From Octopus sinensis (taxonomy: Eukaryota), in the NCBI RefSeq assembly GCF_006345805.1, contig NC_043015.1:4588001-4652000 (forward strand): a stretch of DNA of 64,000 nt, read 5' to 3'. A program made the position numbers and the translations under genes. Of this stretch, positions 13,045 through 25,690 are shown piece by piece (the first letter of the stretch is position 1; each line of letters opens with the position of its first letter). Below the pieces are notes generated by a model, which saw nothing but the letters and a program-made list of their open reading frames with translations, was not told the origin of the DNA and ran no database searches.

Positions 13045-13436
13045 TTTATTATTTTACTAGTTTCAGTCATTTGACTGCGGCCTTGCTGGAGCACCACCTT
13101 TAATCGAGTAACTCGACCCCGGGACTTATTCCTTTGTAAGCCCAGTACTTATTCTATCGGTCTCTTTTGCCGAACCGCTAAGTAACGGGGACATGAACAC
13201 ACCAGCATCGGTTTTCAAGCAATGCTAGGGGGACAAACACCGACACACACAAACACACACGCATATATATATATACATATATACGACGGGCTTCTTTCAG
13301 TTTCCGTCTACCAAATCCACTCACAAGGCTTTGGTCGGCCCGAGGCTATAGTAGAAGACACCTGATCAAGGTGCCACGCAGTGGGACAGAACCCGGAACC
13401 ATGTGGTTGGTAACAAGCTACTTACCACAAAGCCAC
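13045..13436 (-). mobile_element. tRNA-derived SINE, near full length
   Basis: Minus strand has a tRNA-like head (GTGGCTTTGTGGTAAG...GGTTCCGGGTTCTGTCCCACTGCGTGGCACC), a central (TA/TG) tract and a tail GGTGCTCCAGCAAGGCCGCAGTCAAATGACTGAAAC. Paralogs at 33.7 and 40.5 kb. Confidence 0.9.
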
Positions 13437-13553
<117 letters not shown>

Positions 13554-15058
13554 ATATATATAATTAAATAAGGGTAGAAATTGATATTAATCAATTAAAA
13601 CCACTGGTCTAGTATATTTTTAAAAAATCCGAAGATTAAAACTTTTTTACATAGAAAATTTAGAGGATTGACCACTAAAAGTGGAAAGCCTGTAAAATAG
13701 AAGTATACGTCAAAATAACCATTTTCCACGGAGAATCTGTTCTCCAGAAAATAATGTTTCTTGAGAACACATTATCCGTGAAAATAAGTGTATTCCTTTA
13801 GGAACACATTAGAGTACAAAATAGAGCTCGTTAATCCTTAGCATTACCAAATATCCAATAGCATTCGAAGCCTCGGCTAAAGAATTCATCGTGATTGAGT
13901 GAAAAATAAAAATCGAATGGAGCCAACGTCAAAGTGGACGTTTAGACAACTATGTAATGTACACTACACAGAATTCGCTATACCATAGATCCACATGTAC
14001 ATAAGATTTACATTGAGGAATGTTTTACCTGTAAAATGGGATCCGTTTGTATCTCCTTAGGTGACATAACATCGCTGTCCTCATCAGTAAATCGTTGATG
14101 TGTTTGCATCAAATTAAAAGATTTACTTATGGGGACAACGATTATATATCAGCTGAGGAAATAGAACTGGATCTTATTATACAGGTAAACCGTTGTTTAA
14201 TTTAAATACTCTGTGTATGTGGATACATATTACATCGAAACAGGTGCAGTGTTTATTGAAAAGCTTCCCAAAGGTGTATTCAATTCATGCGCACACAAAC
14301 ACATGCATATCCTTGTCAAAGAAACACACTGATATACATGCTAGGCAGATATGATCTAATAAACCAATTTAAGATGATATAACTTATTTATCAACCGCAT
14401 GATCGATGCGATCGTTAAAATCTATGACACTGATTTACCTTCTATATCTACATCTCAATATATCATATGTGGATCAAAATCACGCAATTCTTTCACTTAC
14501 TTTATTGCATTAGTTATTTGCAATGACACCTTATAGGTTCATCTGTATCTCTCTGTCTCCCTGTTTATCTAAGTCTCTAGTCCTCTGTTTGTCTTTCTCA
14601 TCTTTGTCGTATGTGCTTTTCTTTGTTTCTCAGCATGAAGCGACGCAAATGAGATTCTATATATGAGATATATCAGCAGGATATAGCCAATTTATGAATG
14701 TTAGAGCACAAACTCATTGTTTCACCTTACTACAATTTATAATTAAAATTGAATTTAAATCATACGTCTTATCAAATGTGTACGATTTTGTGTTTCTATA
14801 TACACTATATCATTTACGGTCTTATCTCGTATCGAAGTATATGTTTTATTCTTTGCTGAACTTTTTCTGTATGGCGATGCAGTTGACGACCCGGGCGGTT
14901 GTTTTGTATTGAAGACGTCGACCGCGTTGTCTTTTTCCAGAAGTGAGCTCAATAGATAAGACTTGGCATGGGGACCTTGATTCTTCCATCTTCCTAAATG
15001 GTGTGACCATCGATGACGGTGTTTCAAGATCAGTGATTCGATACTTTCACGTTCTGTC

Positions 15059-15103
<45 letters not shown>

Positions 15104-15511
15104 CTTCCGCCGTGTCTAGTTCTCTCTCTTCCTGTCTCTGTCTTTCTGTCTCATTCTCTCCTTCTGTTTCCTTCTCTTCTTCTGTCTCCTCTCCTTCTGT
15201 CGTCTTCTCTGCTTCTGTAACCTTTTCTGTTTTTCTTTGTCTCTTTCTGTCTCTGTATTTATATGAATCACTTTCTTTCTCTTATTCTCTTTCTGTCCAT
15301 CTCTGTCTTTCTCTCACTCTCCCTTTCTCTCTGTAATTCTACCTCGCTCTTTCTCCCTCTGTCTTTTTTGTCACTCTCTCTTTCTGTCACATTCTCATTC
15401 TGTCCCTCACTTTCTGTATCTTTCTCTCTCTCTTTCTATCTCGCAATATCTCTATTTTTCTAATACCATCACACAGTCAAAACATATTAGGTCTCCCACT
15501 AACTAATAAAC

Positions 15512-16910
15512 GTGGTATTAACACTGTCCACTGAAATAATGAGAGAAATTCCCTTTGATAAAGAGAAACTGTCCATATACATAAATGATAATCTTCTCAA
15601 GTTTCCATTCGATCAACGGCATGCATATTCGACTGTCATAGAAACTGTTAACAATAACACAGGAGGAGTTTATTTTTTAGATACTCGAGGATGTACTGCG
15701 GAAACATATGTAATTAAACTCTTGCTGGCTAAAGTTTGTCAAGAAAATAAAACAGCGCTAGCTACTGCTACTTCTGGGATTGCATTAATACACGGAGGTC
15801 GAACTGGTCATTCAACATTCAAATTACCTTTAGATTTATCTACTAAACCAGATACCAGTTTGAAATGTACCTAAACATTCTGCTGAGGCTGAACTAATAC
15901 AAATATGTCAATTGTCTGGGACAAATTACCATGGCCCTCAATAAAATGCTTTTGAAGCTGTTGACTGAACATTACCAGATATTTGAAAGCGCAATTCCGC
16001 GATGTGAAATGTCACAGTTATTCCAAGAGGAACAAAAGTGGATAAGCTCATGCCTCAATAAAGTATTCTATATTATGGCATCATGTGAACAAACTTCAAC
16101 TTTCAATAAATATGAGATGGCTGCTTTCAAGACATCTGTCAGCTGAACCAATTGCAGATCAGCTTTGAAACTTCGTAAACGGGGACTTTCAATTGATGAA
16201 GAAAATGTTCTTACACTCAATCGAATATGTAATTAAACGCATTCGGTTGAAGATTTGGTGGCTGTAATCTTTCCTAAACGTCATAATAACAACATTACTG
16301 ATTAGATCTATAAGCGAGCTCTCCTGGCTCCAAAACATTGTTGCAGTACACAGTATCAATAATATGCTATTGAATAAACTTCCGGGAGAAATATTCATTT
16401 ATAACTCAATTGGCAGTGTCGTTGATTATGAGGATAGAGTTAACTACCCCATCGAATTTTTGAACTAACTATAACCAGCATTTACAGCTTCTCATTATTT
16501 TCAGCTGAAGAAAACAAGTGGTCCTATTATAATATTACATAAATTGTCTCAACCAAAATTATGCAATGGTACAAGATTAATTCTGCACCAAACTATGAGG
16601 AACTGCATTGATGCAAAAATTTACTCTGGTTGTAGTAAAGGTGATATCGTTTTCTTCGTTGTATACCATTTAAACCAGCTAATGTCCCATTATAATTTAA
16701 ATGGTTACAGTTTCCTATCCAAGTTTCGTTTGCTATGAGCGTGAATACGAGCCAGGACCAAACATTAAAAGTTGCTGGATTGCAACTTCCAAAATCATGC
16801 TTTTCACTTAGTCAAACTTATGTAAGAGCATCACGTTTGGGAGCAAAAGCAAATCTTTTTGCTTATGCACCCAGAAATAAAACAAAACAACATTGTTTAT
16901 AAAGAAATAT
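15512..16910 (+). mobile_element. Helitron Pif1-like helicase domain, pseudogenised
   Basis: Frameshifted and stop-interrupted Pif1/Helitron motifs: YFLDTRGCTAET (decayed Walker A), ATSGIA..HGGRTGHSTFKLPLDL, IVWD, ALLAPK, NYPIEFLN, LCNGTRL, FAMSVNTSQDQTLKVAG, QTYVRASRLG. Confidence 0.92.
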
Positions 16911-17129
16911 TCACACTTAATGCCACATTAATACTTCCATTAATACTTCAATAAATTAATTTCCATTTAATATCATTACATTCAAGAAACTAAACTACCA
17001 ATTTCAGTGAGCTGTATTATATAAATTCCGTTACTGCATTGATAAATTTAAGAAAAATATAGAACTCACTATTGTCATATAATAAACTAACAGAGGTTCA
17101 TATATGAAGTTCGTCTCTTTTTTAACTTC

Positions 17130-17660
17130 AATTATTATATGAGATGGCCGCTTTCAAGAGATCAGTTACCTGAACCATTTGCAGACCAGCTTTTGAGACT
17201 CGGTGAAGAGAGAGATTCAGTTAATGAAGAACAGTTTCTTACACTCAGTGCAATAAATAATTCAACTGATTCTGTCAATGATTTGATATAAGAAAACTTT
17301 CCTAAACTTCTTCAAAATTACAACAATACAGATTACATCGGTACCTGAGCTATCCTGGTTCCAAAGCATGTTACTCTACATACAATGAATAATATGCTAT
17401 GGAATAAAGTTCCAGAAATATTAACTTATAACTCAGTTGACAGTGTTGTTGATGATCAGGATAGTGTAAATTACTCCATCGAATTCTATAACTCACTACA
17501 ACCAAAAAGTACAGCTACTCATAATTTTCAGTTGAAAAATGGGACACCTATTATGCTGTTACATATTTTGTCTCAACCAACATTTTGTAAAAGTACAAGA
17601 TTAATTAAGCACAAACTTCAATGTGGTAATAATTCTCACTGTTTGCAGTAAAGGTTTATG
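17130..17660 (+). mobile_element. Second diverged partial copy of the Helitron helicase region
   Basis: NYSIEFYNSLQP...FQLKNGTPIMLLHILSQPTFCKSTRL. The nucleotide sequence parallels 16110-16600. Confidence 0.85.
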
Positions 17661-18170
17661 TAGCCCGAAAAAAATAAAAAACAGTTTTCGTACAGAAATA
17701 TTCATTCTTAATACAACATGAATACTTCTGTAAATTCATTTATCGCTAATATCATTACATTCAAGAATGGTAATTTACCTAGTTCAATGAACTGTATTAT
17801 ATAATTGACTTTACTACATTGATAAATAAAGAAAAAAACATACATCTAACTTGCTATTATCATGCAATAAACAAACAAACCTTCGGGTATAAAAGTGATA
17901 TTTTTTCTATTTCAATTATAACGTTTTGCTCTTATAAAGATATTATATCATTGTCATGACAGTATAATTTGAAAAAAACAAAAACAGATACAACCCACTT
18001 ATTATTCTCATATCATAAACAAACACAAGTTCATGTAAGATATTGATCTTCTACTTCAATTATTACAAGTTTTTTTTTCTTTTAAAAACACAAATTAAGG
18101 AATAGAAAATTATGCATATAATAGTACTTTCAATATGGCTCCCGATAAACAGTCAAAGTAATTATTCGAA

Positions 18171-18192
18171 CAACGACGCGCTTTACTGCAAG
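18171..18192 (+). other. Decayed Helitron 3' terminus (CAAG in place of CTAG)
   Basis: CAACGACGCG-CTTTACTGCAAG|T aligns with the intact end CAACGACGGGTCTTTAATGCTAG|T at 19210-19232. Confidence 0.55.
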
Positions 18193-18206
18193 TTTATATA
18201 TATATA

Positions 18207-18266
<60 letters not shown>

Positions 18267-18267
18267 A

Positions 18268-19232
18268 TCTTTGTATATATAAAACTGAGAATGGGTTTCT
18301 GTCTGTCTGTCTGTCTGTCTGTATGTCTGTGTGTTTCCTTAAAGCTTGAGAACTACACAACCAATATCATTCAAATTTTACACATGCCTTACTTAGGGTC
18401 CTTGTAGTTTCATGGGCAAACAAATGTTCAACTTCTTGCCTAGAGCGAGCCCATGGCAATATCATATCTTCTCCACTATTTCAGTATTACGTCTTAAAAG
18501 TGGAAAAAACAATTCTCTATTTTATGTCAGATACATTGACTTTAACAATAAAAATAATAATGACAATTGAATTATATGTTGTACGTAATAATTAAAATCA
18601 AACTAAAGTATAATATAATCGTAACATAACAAAAGTAAAAATAGCAATTGGTATAAAATTGCATCAATGACTTGAACTTGAATAAGTGGTTTCACATAAA
18701 TGGGAATAAATTAAAAATAAAATTAGCGTGCAGAAATGGAATAGTCCAGATGGATAATAAAAAATTAAATTAAAGAAAAGACTATTGTCTATAAAGTATA
18801 CAATGTAGAGAAAAAAGAAGATTTGAACACATGGAGAAAAGCACCTTCGAAAAGTGTCTTGGTGCGACTATGAAAGATGTGTAATCGGAGGCGGTAAATT
18901 CGCCTTTTATCTGGGACGTAGAACGTCCAGGAAAAACATTTAAAATGCTCCCCCCCCAGAAGTAGAGGAAGGCTGGATTGTAGCTACACTTCTATACAAG
19001 AGGGGGGACAAGATACAATTGATCGAAATTACAAGAGACGGGCTAACAATTCCAGTCTGTTATAAATTTTGAGTATTGTTATCACGAGCGATATCAAGAT
19101 ATAACTTTGTATTTTGTAATTTATGTGTAGATGTACATATATACATGTACATGTAATATGTACACATATGTATATACACATATATACATGCACTACCACT
19201 ATGACCCGGCAACGACGGGTCTTTAATGCTAG
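18268..19232 (+). mobile_element. Non-autonomous Helitron (965 bp)
   Basis: A|TC 5' end followed by a (GTCT)n tract. Subterminal hairpin GACCCG-gcaacga-CGGGTC (19203-19221), then CTAG|T. Inserted between A and T with no TSD. May be composite. Confidence 0.75.
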
Positions 19233-19734
19233 TATATATATATATATACATACACTGTCTGTTGTATGTGGAAATAACAAGCAGATGACAATGATTAGGC
19301 ACAGCTCTCTCGCTCGTTTTCTCTCTCACACAGTTATCTTGTTTCTCCCACTTTCTCATCTATCACCCCTTCAACTCTCATATGTTGTGACAGAAAAGAA
19401 GAGAAGGTACACGACGCGCTATTTGCTACTCCCTTTCTCTCATTGCTATTGCCTTCTCTCACTCTCTATCATCAAGATTATTACTCTGACTACTTCTCCT
19501 ACACTAAATTACTATTTTCTCTCTTCTCCCTTCGCTTATACCACACTTTTTATTACTCCATCCTAAGGCATTTTGGACTAATTGATACACACACACACGT
19601 ATATATATATAAACATATATATATATATATATATATAACAATTTAACAAATAAAACATATGCATACATACATACATGTACATACCTACATCTATATGTAT
19701 ATATACATGCATATATATATATATATATATATAT

Positions 19735-20260
19735 GAGTACAGGACACCACAAATAAACGTAGAACACAATAAGAAACGAAAACATAAAAACAAACAAGGA
19801 AACGGACTTTTTTAACAACGAAAAAACAGAGTACAAGACAAACTATACAAGGAATATTCCCCTTCATCAGCTGCCCCTGGTTTGACTCAATGCGTGTTTC
19901 GATGATAAAGCCAGAACACGATCCGGCCGAAGCAGTCCTACCTGCAAAATGAATTAAATAAAATTCGTTTGCAGAGGGGTGCAAAATGAAAAACAGTGAC
20001 AAGAACAGGACAGTGGACGCTGGAAAAAGTATAAGTATTTGTGAAGGAATCTAATTCTCGCCGACAACTATGATTGTCACACGCTGACGAGAGGTCAATA
20101 CCTCGAAACTCGAGTCCGTGTGTATCATAAGTTGAAGAGGGGAAGGATGACTTCCCTTTGCAAATACTGACAGGACACAGAAAGTGTGTCTATGGCCAGC
20201 TGGAGGAGTGTGTCCTCCTGGGGCTAAAAACTACAGTAGCATCCACCCTTAGGGGTTAGC
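19735..20260. mobile_element. Penelope-like element (PLE) pseudo-LTR remnant
   Basis: Carries an intact minimal hammerhead (+) and a decayed CTGATGA-stem motif (-, ~19845-19875). Related CCTTCATCAG-containing fragments at 22.3-22.55 kb. The PLE assignment rests on the known PLE-minimal hammerhead association; no RT or GIY-YIG coding sequence was seen. Confidence 0.55.
20070..20128 (+). ncRNA. Minimal type I hammerhead ribozyme (PLE type)
   Basis: CACACG-CUGACGA-GAGGU(caau)ACCUC-GAAA-CUCGAG-UC-CGUGUG. Six-bp stem I plus AUGAU/AUCAU extension, 5-bp stem II, palindromic stem III ACUCGAGU. GUC cleavage after 20116. Confidence 0.9.
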
Positions 20261-20283
20261 CATATTGAAATGGCAAAAATACG

Positions 20284-20317
<34 letters not shown>

Positions 20318-20449
20318 AATGTATATATATATATATATCTATATATCTATATATATCTATCCATCTATATATATATATAATATATATATATATTATATAT
20401 ATATATATATATAAAATTACTACATTCATTATTATATTAATAAGTATCC

Positions 20450-21242
20450 GATGTATCTGATTAATAAGTATCCGAACTGGTGCTGTCGAAACAAATATAA
20501 CAAAAAGAAAAACGTGCCAATGTGGCACTAAATCTCCTTCAGAGTAGTCCTGAAATCTTCTTCCTTTGAAGCGGGATTTGCTTTCTGGAAAAGGGACAAA
20601 AATTCCAAGAGGTGAGAGCCGGTGAATACGGTGGCTGTCGGACCTGGGGAATGCTGTATCTAGACAAAAACCACTGCACAAGCTGCGCTGAATGGGCAGA
20701 TGAGTTGTCAGCTGAAAGCAGTTTTACCATGCATAGGGATCGCACATGACGCATACAAAATTCTTCAGTGATAATGGAATGAACTGATTTGTTACTAAAC
20801 AGCACATCCCCTGATAATTCACAGATGGTGAATCGACGATTTCCAGTGATGATTTCCTCAGTTTTGGTGCTTGCCTGTCACCCAGAACCTGTCACCCAGA
20901 ACCTTCGCCTGAAACAGGACTCACACCCGGTTCCATTACACATTCTACAATTTTGCGCAGGCTTCTGAGCAGATATTGCCAAGCTTTTGGCAAAATTTCA
21001 TGCATTTCATGTAGATTCATGGTAACGCGACAATTACAGGCTACACACAAGCTGCACACGACAATCACAAGCTACACACGTTCCTTCCAAGCACTGCTGT
21101 AAACAGTGGATGTGAGCTAGAACGTTAAGACTTACTCCTTATGCACAGCGGAACGGTTAATCGGAGCCAAACGGCTTTACTCTGCGTGCTTTAGCTTCGT
21201 TATTATGGCACCAGTCCGGATACTTATTGATGCGACCATGTA
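20450..21242 (-). mobile_element. Internally deleted mariner transposon
   Basis: TIRs AATAAGTATCCGAACTGGTGC (20463-20483) and GCACCAGTCCGGATACTTATT (21208-21228). Remnant VHSIITEE..MR.V...VKLL is fused to DNSSAHS...QPPYSPAL and KGRRFQD. Confidence 0.88.
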
Positions 21243-22240
21243 TATATATATGAATGTGTTTGTGTGCTTGTGCATGTGTCTGAATGACTGAGAGAGAGAA
21301 AAACAGAGAAGGAGAGAGAGAGGGGTGGAGTCAGGACACACAAAAGGCACAAGCACAAATATGCACATACATATATACATCATGAAATAGAACCAAGGAT
21401 TCGGGGTTCTATTCCAAGATAGGCCGTTGTACTGAGCCCTTTATCAAGGTAGTTAATCTCCCGTTACCCAATCTTTTGTAACAAAGTGAACGCCGTGTAA
21501 TAACAGATCAGTCGAAACTTACAGCTGTCATATTTTGGAAATTTTCCTGCATCAAATGTGAAAGTCTCGAGAGGGTATCAAGATTTATCTATTCTACTCA
21601 ATGATTGAAAACATTTAGCGAAACTATGGCGCACGCTCACATGTCAACTCAAATTTCATGTCAACCTCTTTATGTATATGTGCCTTTGCGCATATATACA
21701 TACATACATACATATATACATACATATATATAATTCTGTATCAGTGTTGTGTATGTTTATGCGAAATCACCTGTATCGTTGAGTGTGTTTGTGTTGTATA
21801 CTGATACTGATGGAAATTTGGTAAAATTTGTCTACGATACATAAAAATATATTATTTACATACCATTTATGCTTACCCTTCAAAACTCACTGGATAGCAA
21901 TTCTTGTACACTCATCAGTTACACAAACACTGAACTTAATTAAAATTACTTGGCAGCAAACTGAAGTCATTATTGTTTCAAGAGAAGTCAAAGGTGCCAA
22001 ACGTCAATTTAACAATAATTTAAATTAATTACCTAAATATACTCTTAAGAAATCATAATAAGATAAACTTAGATTAAATAGACTTTGCCGTACATTTTTG
22101 AAAAGCCATAGTGATGATCGATATCAGTCTGTCTGAGAGTAGGTGTACCTCTATCTTTACTCTCTATATGTATATACATATACACACACGCACATACATA
22201 CATACACACACACACACACCTACACACATACATACATACA

Positions 22241-22283
<43 letters not shown>

Positions 22284-22289
22284 GCATTT

Positions 22290-22560
22290 GTGGGCACAAG
22301 AGTCATGAAACGTGTACAACAAAAATATCCGAAGTACGAGTACATTGACTACGAATGTTTTTTTTATTACAACAAAAAAGCAAATAGAAAACAAGACAAA
22401 CAGCATAAAGAACAACCTTTCATCAGTTGTTGGCTGTTTTTCTAGTCTCGCTAGTCTCGTATTTTGAGGATGAGTGTAGAAAACAGCCAACGACTGGTGA
22501 AGGTCTGTTCTTTATGTTATTCGTTTTGTTTTCCATTTGTATCTTTCGTTGTTCTAAAAA
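22290..22560. mobile_element. Two inverted PLE-like pLTR fragments
   Basis: Arms 22415-22444 and 22477-22504 are reverse complements. Similar to 19780-19875. Confidence 0.5.
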
Positions 22561-22635
22561 CTAGTATATAGTCCTTCTACTCATAGCTCGTATTTTTGAT
22601 GTGCAGGTTTCATGAAATCCGTTGCCCACATATGC

Positions 22636-22699
<64 letters not shown>

Positions 22700-22722
<23 letters not shown>

Positions 22723-22748
22723 TAGATAGATAAATAGATAGATAGATA

Positions 22749-22831
<83 letters not shown>

Positions 22832-22850
22832 GGAGATAGAAACATACTTT
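22700..22850. repeat. (GA)n/(GATA)n microsatellite
   Basis: Read directly. Confidence 0.95.
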
Positions 22851-23630
22851 CATAAATACGTAAGTACATACATATTGAGAGGCAACGAGAGGAGACTATT
22901 ATTTTTATGCGTATAAGAGGATATATAAAAATACCTCTTCTCTAAGCTATAGAATTATATGTGGCACGCGTATATATATATACAGACAATATTATCCATG
23001 ATAAATACATTCTGATCAGGCTACTCTCAAAGGAAATTACATTTCAAATCTGTTTTAGTTTCAGAAAACGTGCAGATATAATGACGTGAGTATAGATACA
23101 GAATCACGCACAAAACCACACCACCACACACTCACACACACGGACACATACGCACAAACAGATACACAGACATATGCTCATGACCATGTATATTTGGGTG
23201 TGTAGTTGTGTGTGTGTGCGTGTTTATGTGTGTGTCTGTGTGTGTATGAAGAAATTGAAAGAGATAGCGACAGCGGGAGAAGAAAAATCACAAAATATGA
23301 ACTAGATTATGAAAGTAAGTAAAAATATAGATTGCCATAAAGAATGGACACGGAGAAAAAATAATAGAATGACAGATTCTTTTTCAAAAATTCTTTAATA
23401 TATTACAAATCTCAGGAAACATATTATGCGAAGCAAGGAACAAAATTTAGAAGAAATATATATTCAAATTGATAATATCATATCAGTATGAATATATAAA
23501 ATATAGAATGTATGTTTAAATTATTTTTGTGTGTTCTTTTGCTTTATATATTTCATGTTTACGCGACAATAAACTTCTCCAAGATCCGACCGCTTGCTAC
23601 CAGACGATTATTCGCATATTCTATGTTAGC

Positions 23631-23750
23631 ATTCTTGTTTTCCAATATATGTATATATGTATATATATATATACATATTCTTGGTTTCCAATATATATAT
23701 ATTCTTGGTTTCCAATATATATATATATTCTTGGTTTCCAATATATGTAT
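23631..23750. repeat. Minisatellite: four copies of ATTCTTG(G)TTTCCAAT separated by (AT)n
   Basis: Copies start at 23631, 23677, 23701 and 23727. Confidence 0.9.
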
Positions 23751-23769
23751 ATATATATATATATATTAT

Positions 23770-23857
<88 letters not shown>

Positions 23858-24084
23858 TATATTTCTTCTGTTTCACAAAGATTCCGTTGTGTTTGCAATT
23901 TCTTACGTAAGACAGAATTATTCCATTGATATCCATACATTCATTTCTAATCGAATTACCTTATAGAGCGCGTCATTCGTCATTGACCTTTTCATGTTAT
24001 GGCAGCTGTTCCCTTCTTACTTCCCTTCTTCCTTTTCTTCTATTGGCTCCTATTCCCTTTGTCCACCTTTTCGCTGCCGTCTTT

Positions 24085-24117
<33 letters not shown>

Positions 24118-24317
24118 TTCTTCTTTTTCTATTTCTTCTTGTTCTCCTTCTTTTTGTTCTCCCCCTTCTTCATCTTCATGCATATACTCTTGGTGTTTCT
24201 CTCTTGTTTCTCCGGTATCTTTTTTTCCTTCCATCTGTCTTCAAACTTACTGGTATACTCTCCATTGAAATTTTTCTTGGACTTGTCCATCACTATTTAA
24301 ATTTCATCGTTTTTTTC

Positions 24318-24431
<114 letters not shown>

Positions 24432-24439
24432 CTTTACGT

Positions 24440-25690
24440 TAGCGAGATGCAGAATAGTTAGTACGCGGGTCAAACTGTGTAGTGGAATTTCGTCTGTCAA
24501 CTTTCCTCCTTTCGGCATCGATAAAATTAAATACCAGTTAAAACACTAAGGTTGATGCGAAATCATTACTATTATCATTATTATAATTATTTTGCTGGAG
24601 AGCAATCACATGCGTTTGCACGCTGATCACAGTGCTTCGTAGCATTTCGTCCGTTTTTACGCTGTCAGTTCGAATTCGGCTGAGATCAACTTTACTTTTC
24701 ATCTTCCCGTAATAGATAATATATACAATTCCTCACTGTAGTCATTATAACATACCTTCCCCTTCTCCTGAATTTGCTATTCTAATGCCAAAATTTGCAA
24801 TCATTATAATCATAATTGTTACTAGATCGGTAATAGAGGCTACGGTGATCTTTAGATCGCAGAGGGAAAATCCTTACGCAATTTATTCCCGCTCTGTCCC
24901 TTCTGGCTCCAGATCTATAAATTTCAAGTTTTTCGCTCATCTTCCCACCGTAATACACTAATAAAATAATAAATGCACCTGCCAAGTACAGTGTTCGATT
25001 TTATATCTGTGACTTTTCTGTACAGAATAGAAATAAATAATCTTTAACACAGCAAAGTATTTAATGTGGTATAAAGATTTTCGTAGATCTTTCGAACTTG
25101 AATGAGAATATATTTGTGGCATTTGTTCTGTCTTTTTATGTAGTACGTTCAAACCAAGGCGTGAATCAGTAGGACTAGTCGTTAAACCGGCATATCGTCT
25201 ATTTTTGCGTTCTGAGTTACATAAAGGTAGACGTTGCCTTTCATAGTTTGTACTTCTATGAAATACTAATGAGGTACCAGTTGAGGAGACAGGGGAAATC
25301 TATGAAACCGACTTATCCACTCACATAAAATTGTTGATTTAGTACCAAAATTGGAAATTAATTTTATCACTGAGAGAAAGATGAAGATAAATCATCACTC
25401 AAGTAAGTTGAGCTTATCGACTAATGCTCTCCCCAATACGTTAGGTGTTGTATAATGGGGCCCGCTGCCAAAAATGTTACCGTGGCGGGAAGTATGCTTT
25501 TCACCATTTTTTCGTATGACTTAACACTCAGACTTTAAATGCCACTGTGGTCGAGTTTACCTTTCATCCATTTGGGATTGAAAAAACATACCAGTTGATC
25601 ACTGGGGTCGATGTATTACATTTACCCTTCCCACTAATCTGCTGATGTTGTCCCGAAATTTGAAATCCATATTTTAGGTATTGTACTTAT
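24440..25690 (+). mobile_element. Cluster of at least four decayed copies of a short SINE-like repeat
   Basis: Recurrent ATTTCGTCC/TGT, GTCAACTTT.CCTTTCATCC, ATACCAGTT and CACTGGGGTCGATGTA motifs. Also seen at 35.76, 50.9 (-) and 51.5 kb. Confidence 0.65.

Noticed and set aside
14060-14100. CTGATGA-GGAC on the minus strand as a hammerhead
   Set aside because: No GAAA or stem III. Other CTGANGA hits (2116, 8534, 21918, 30568, 58357, 59526, 62483) also fail the pairing test.
24785-24961. 58-aa ORF MPKFAIIIIIIVTRSVIEA... resembling a secreted peptide
   Set aside because: The hydrophobic run comes from an ATC/ATT repeat, and there is no other support.
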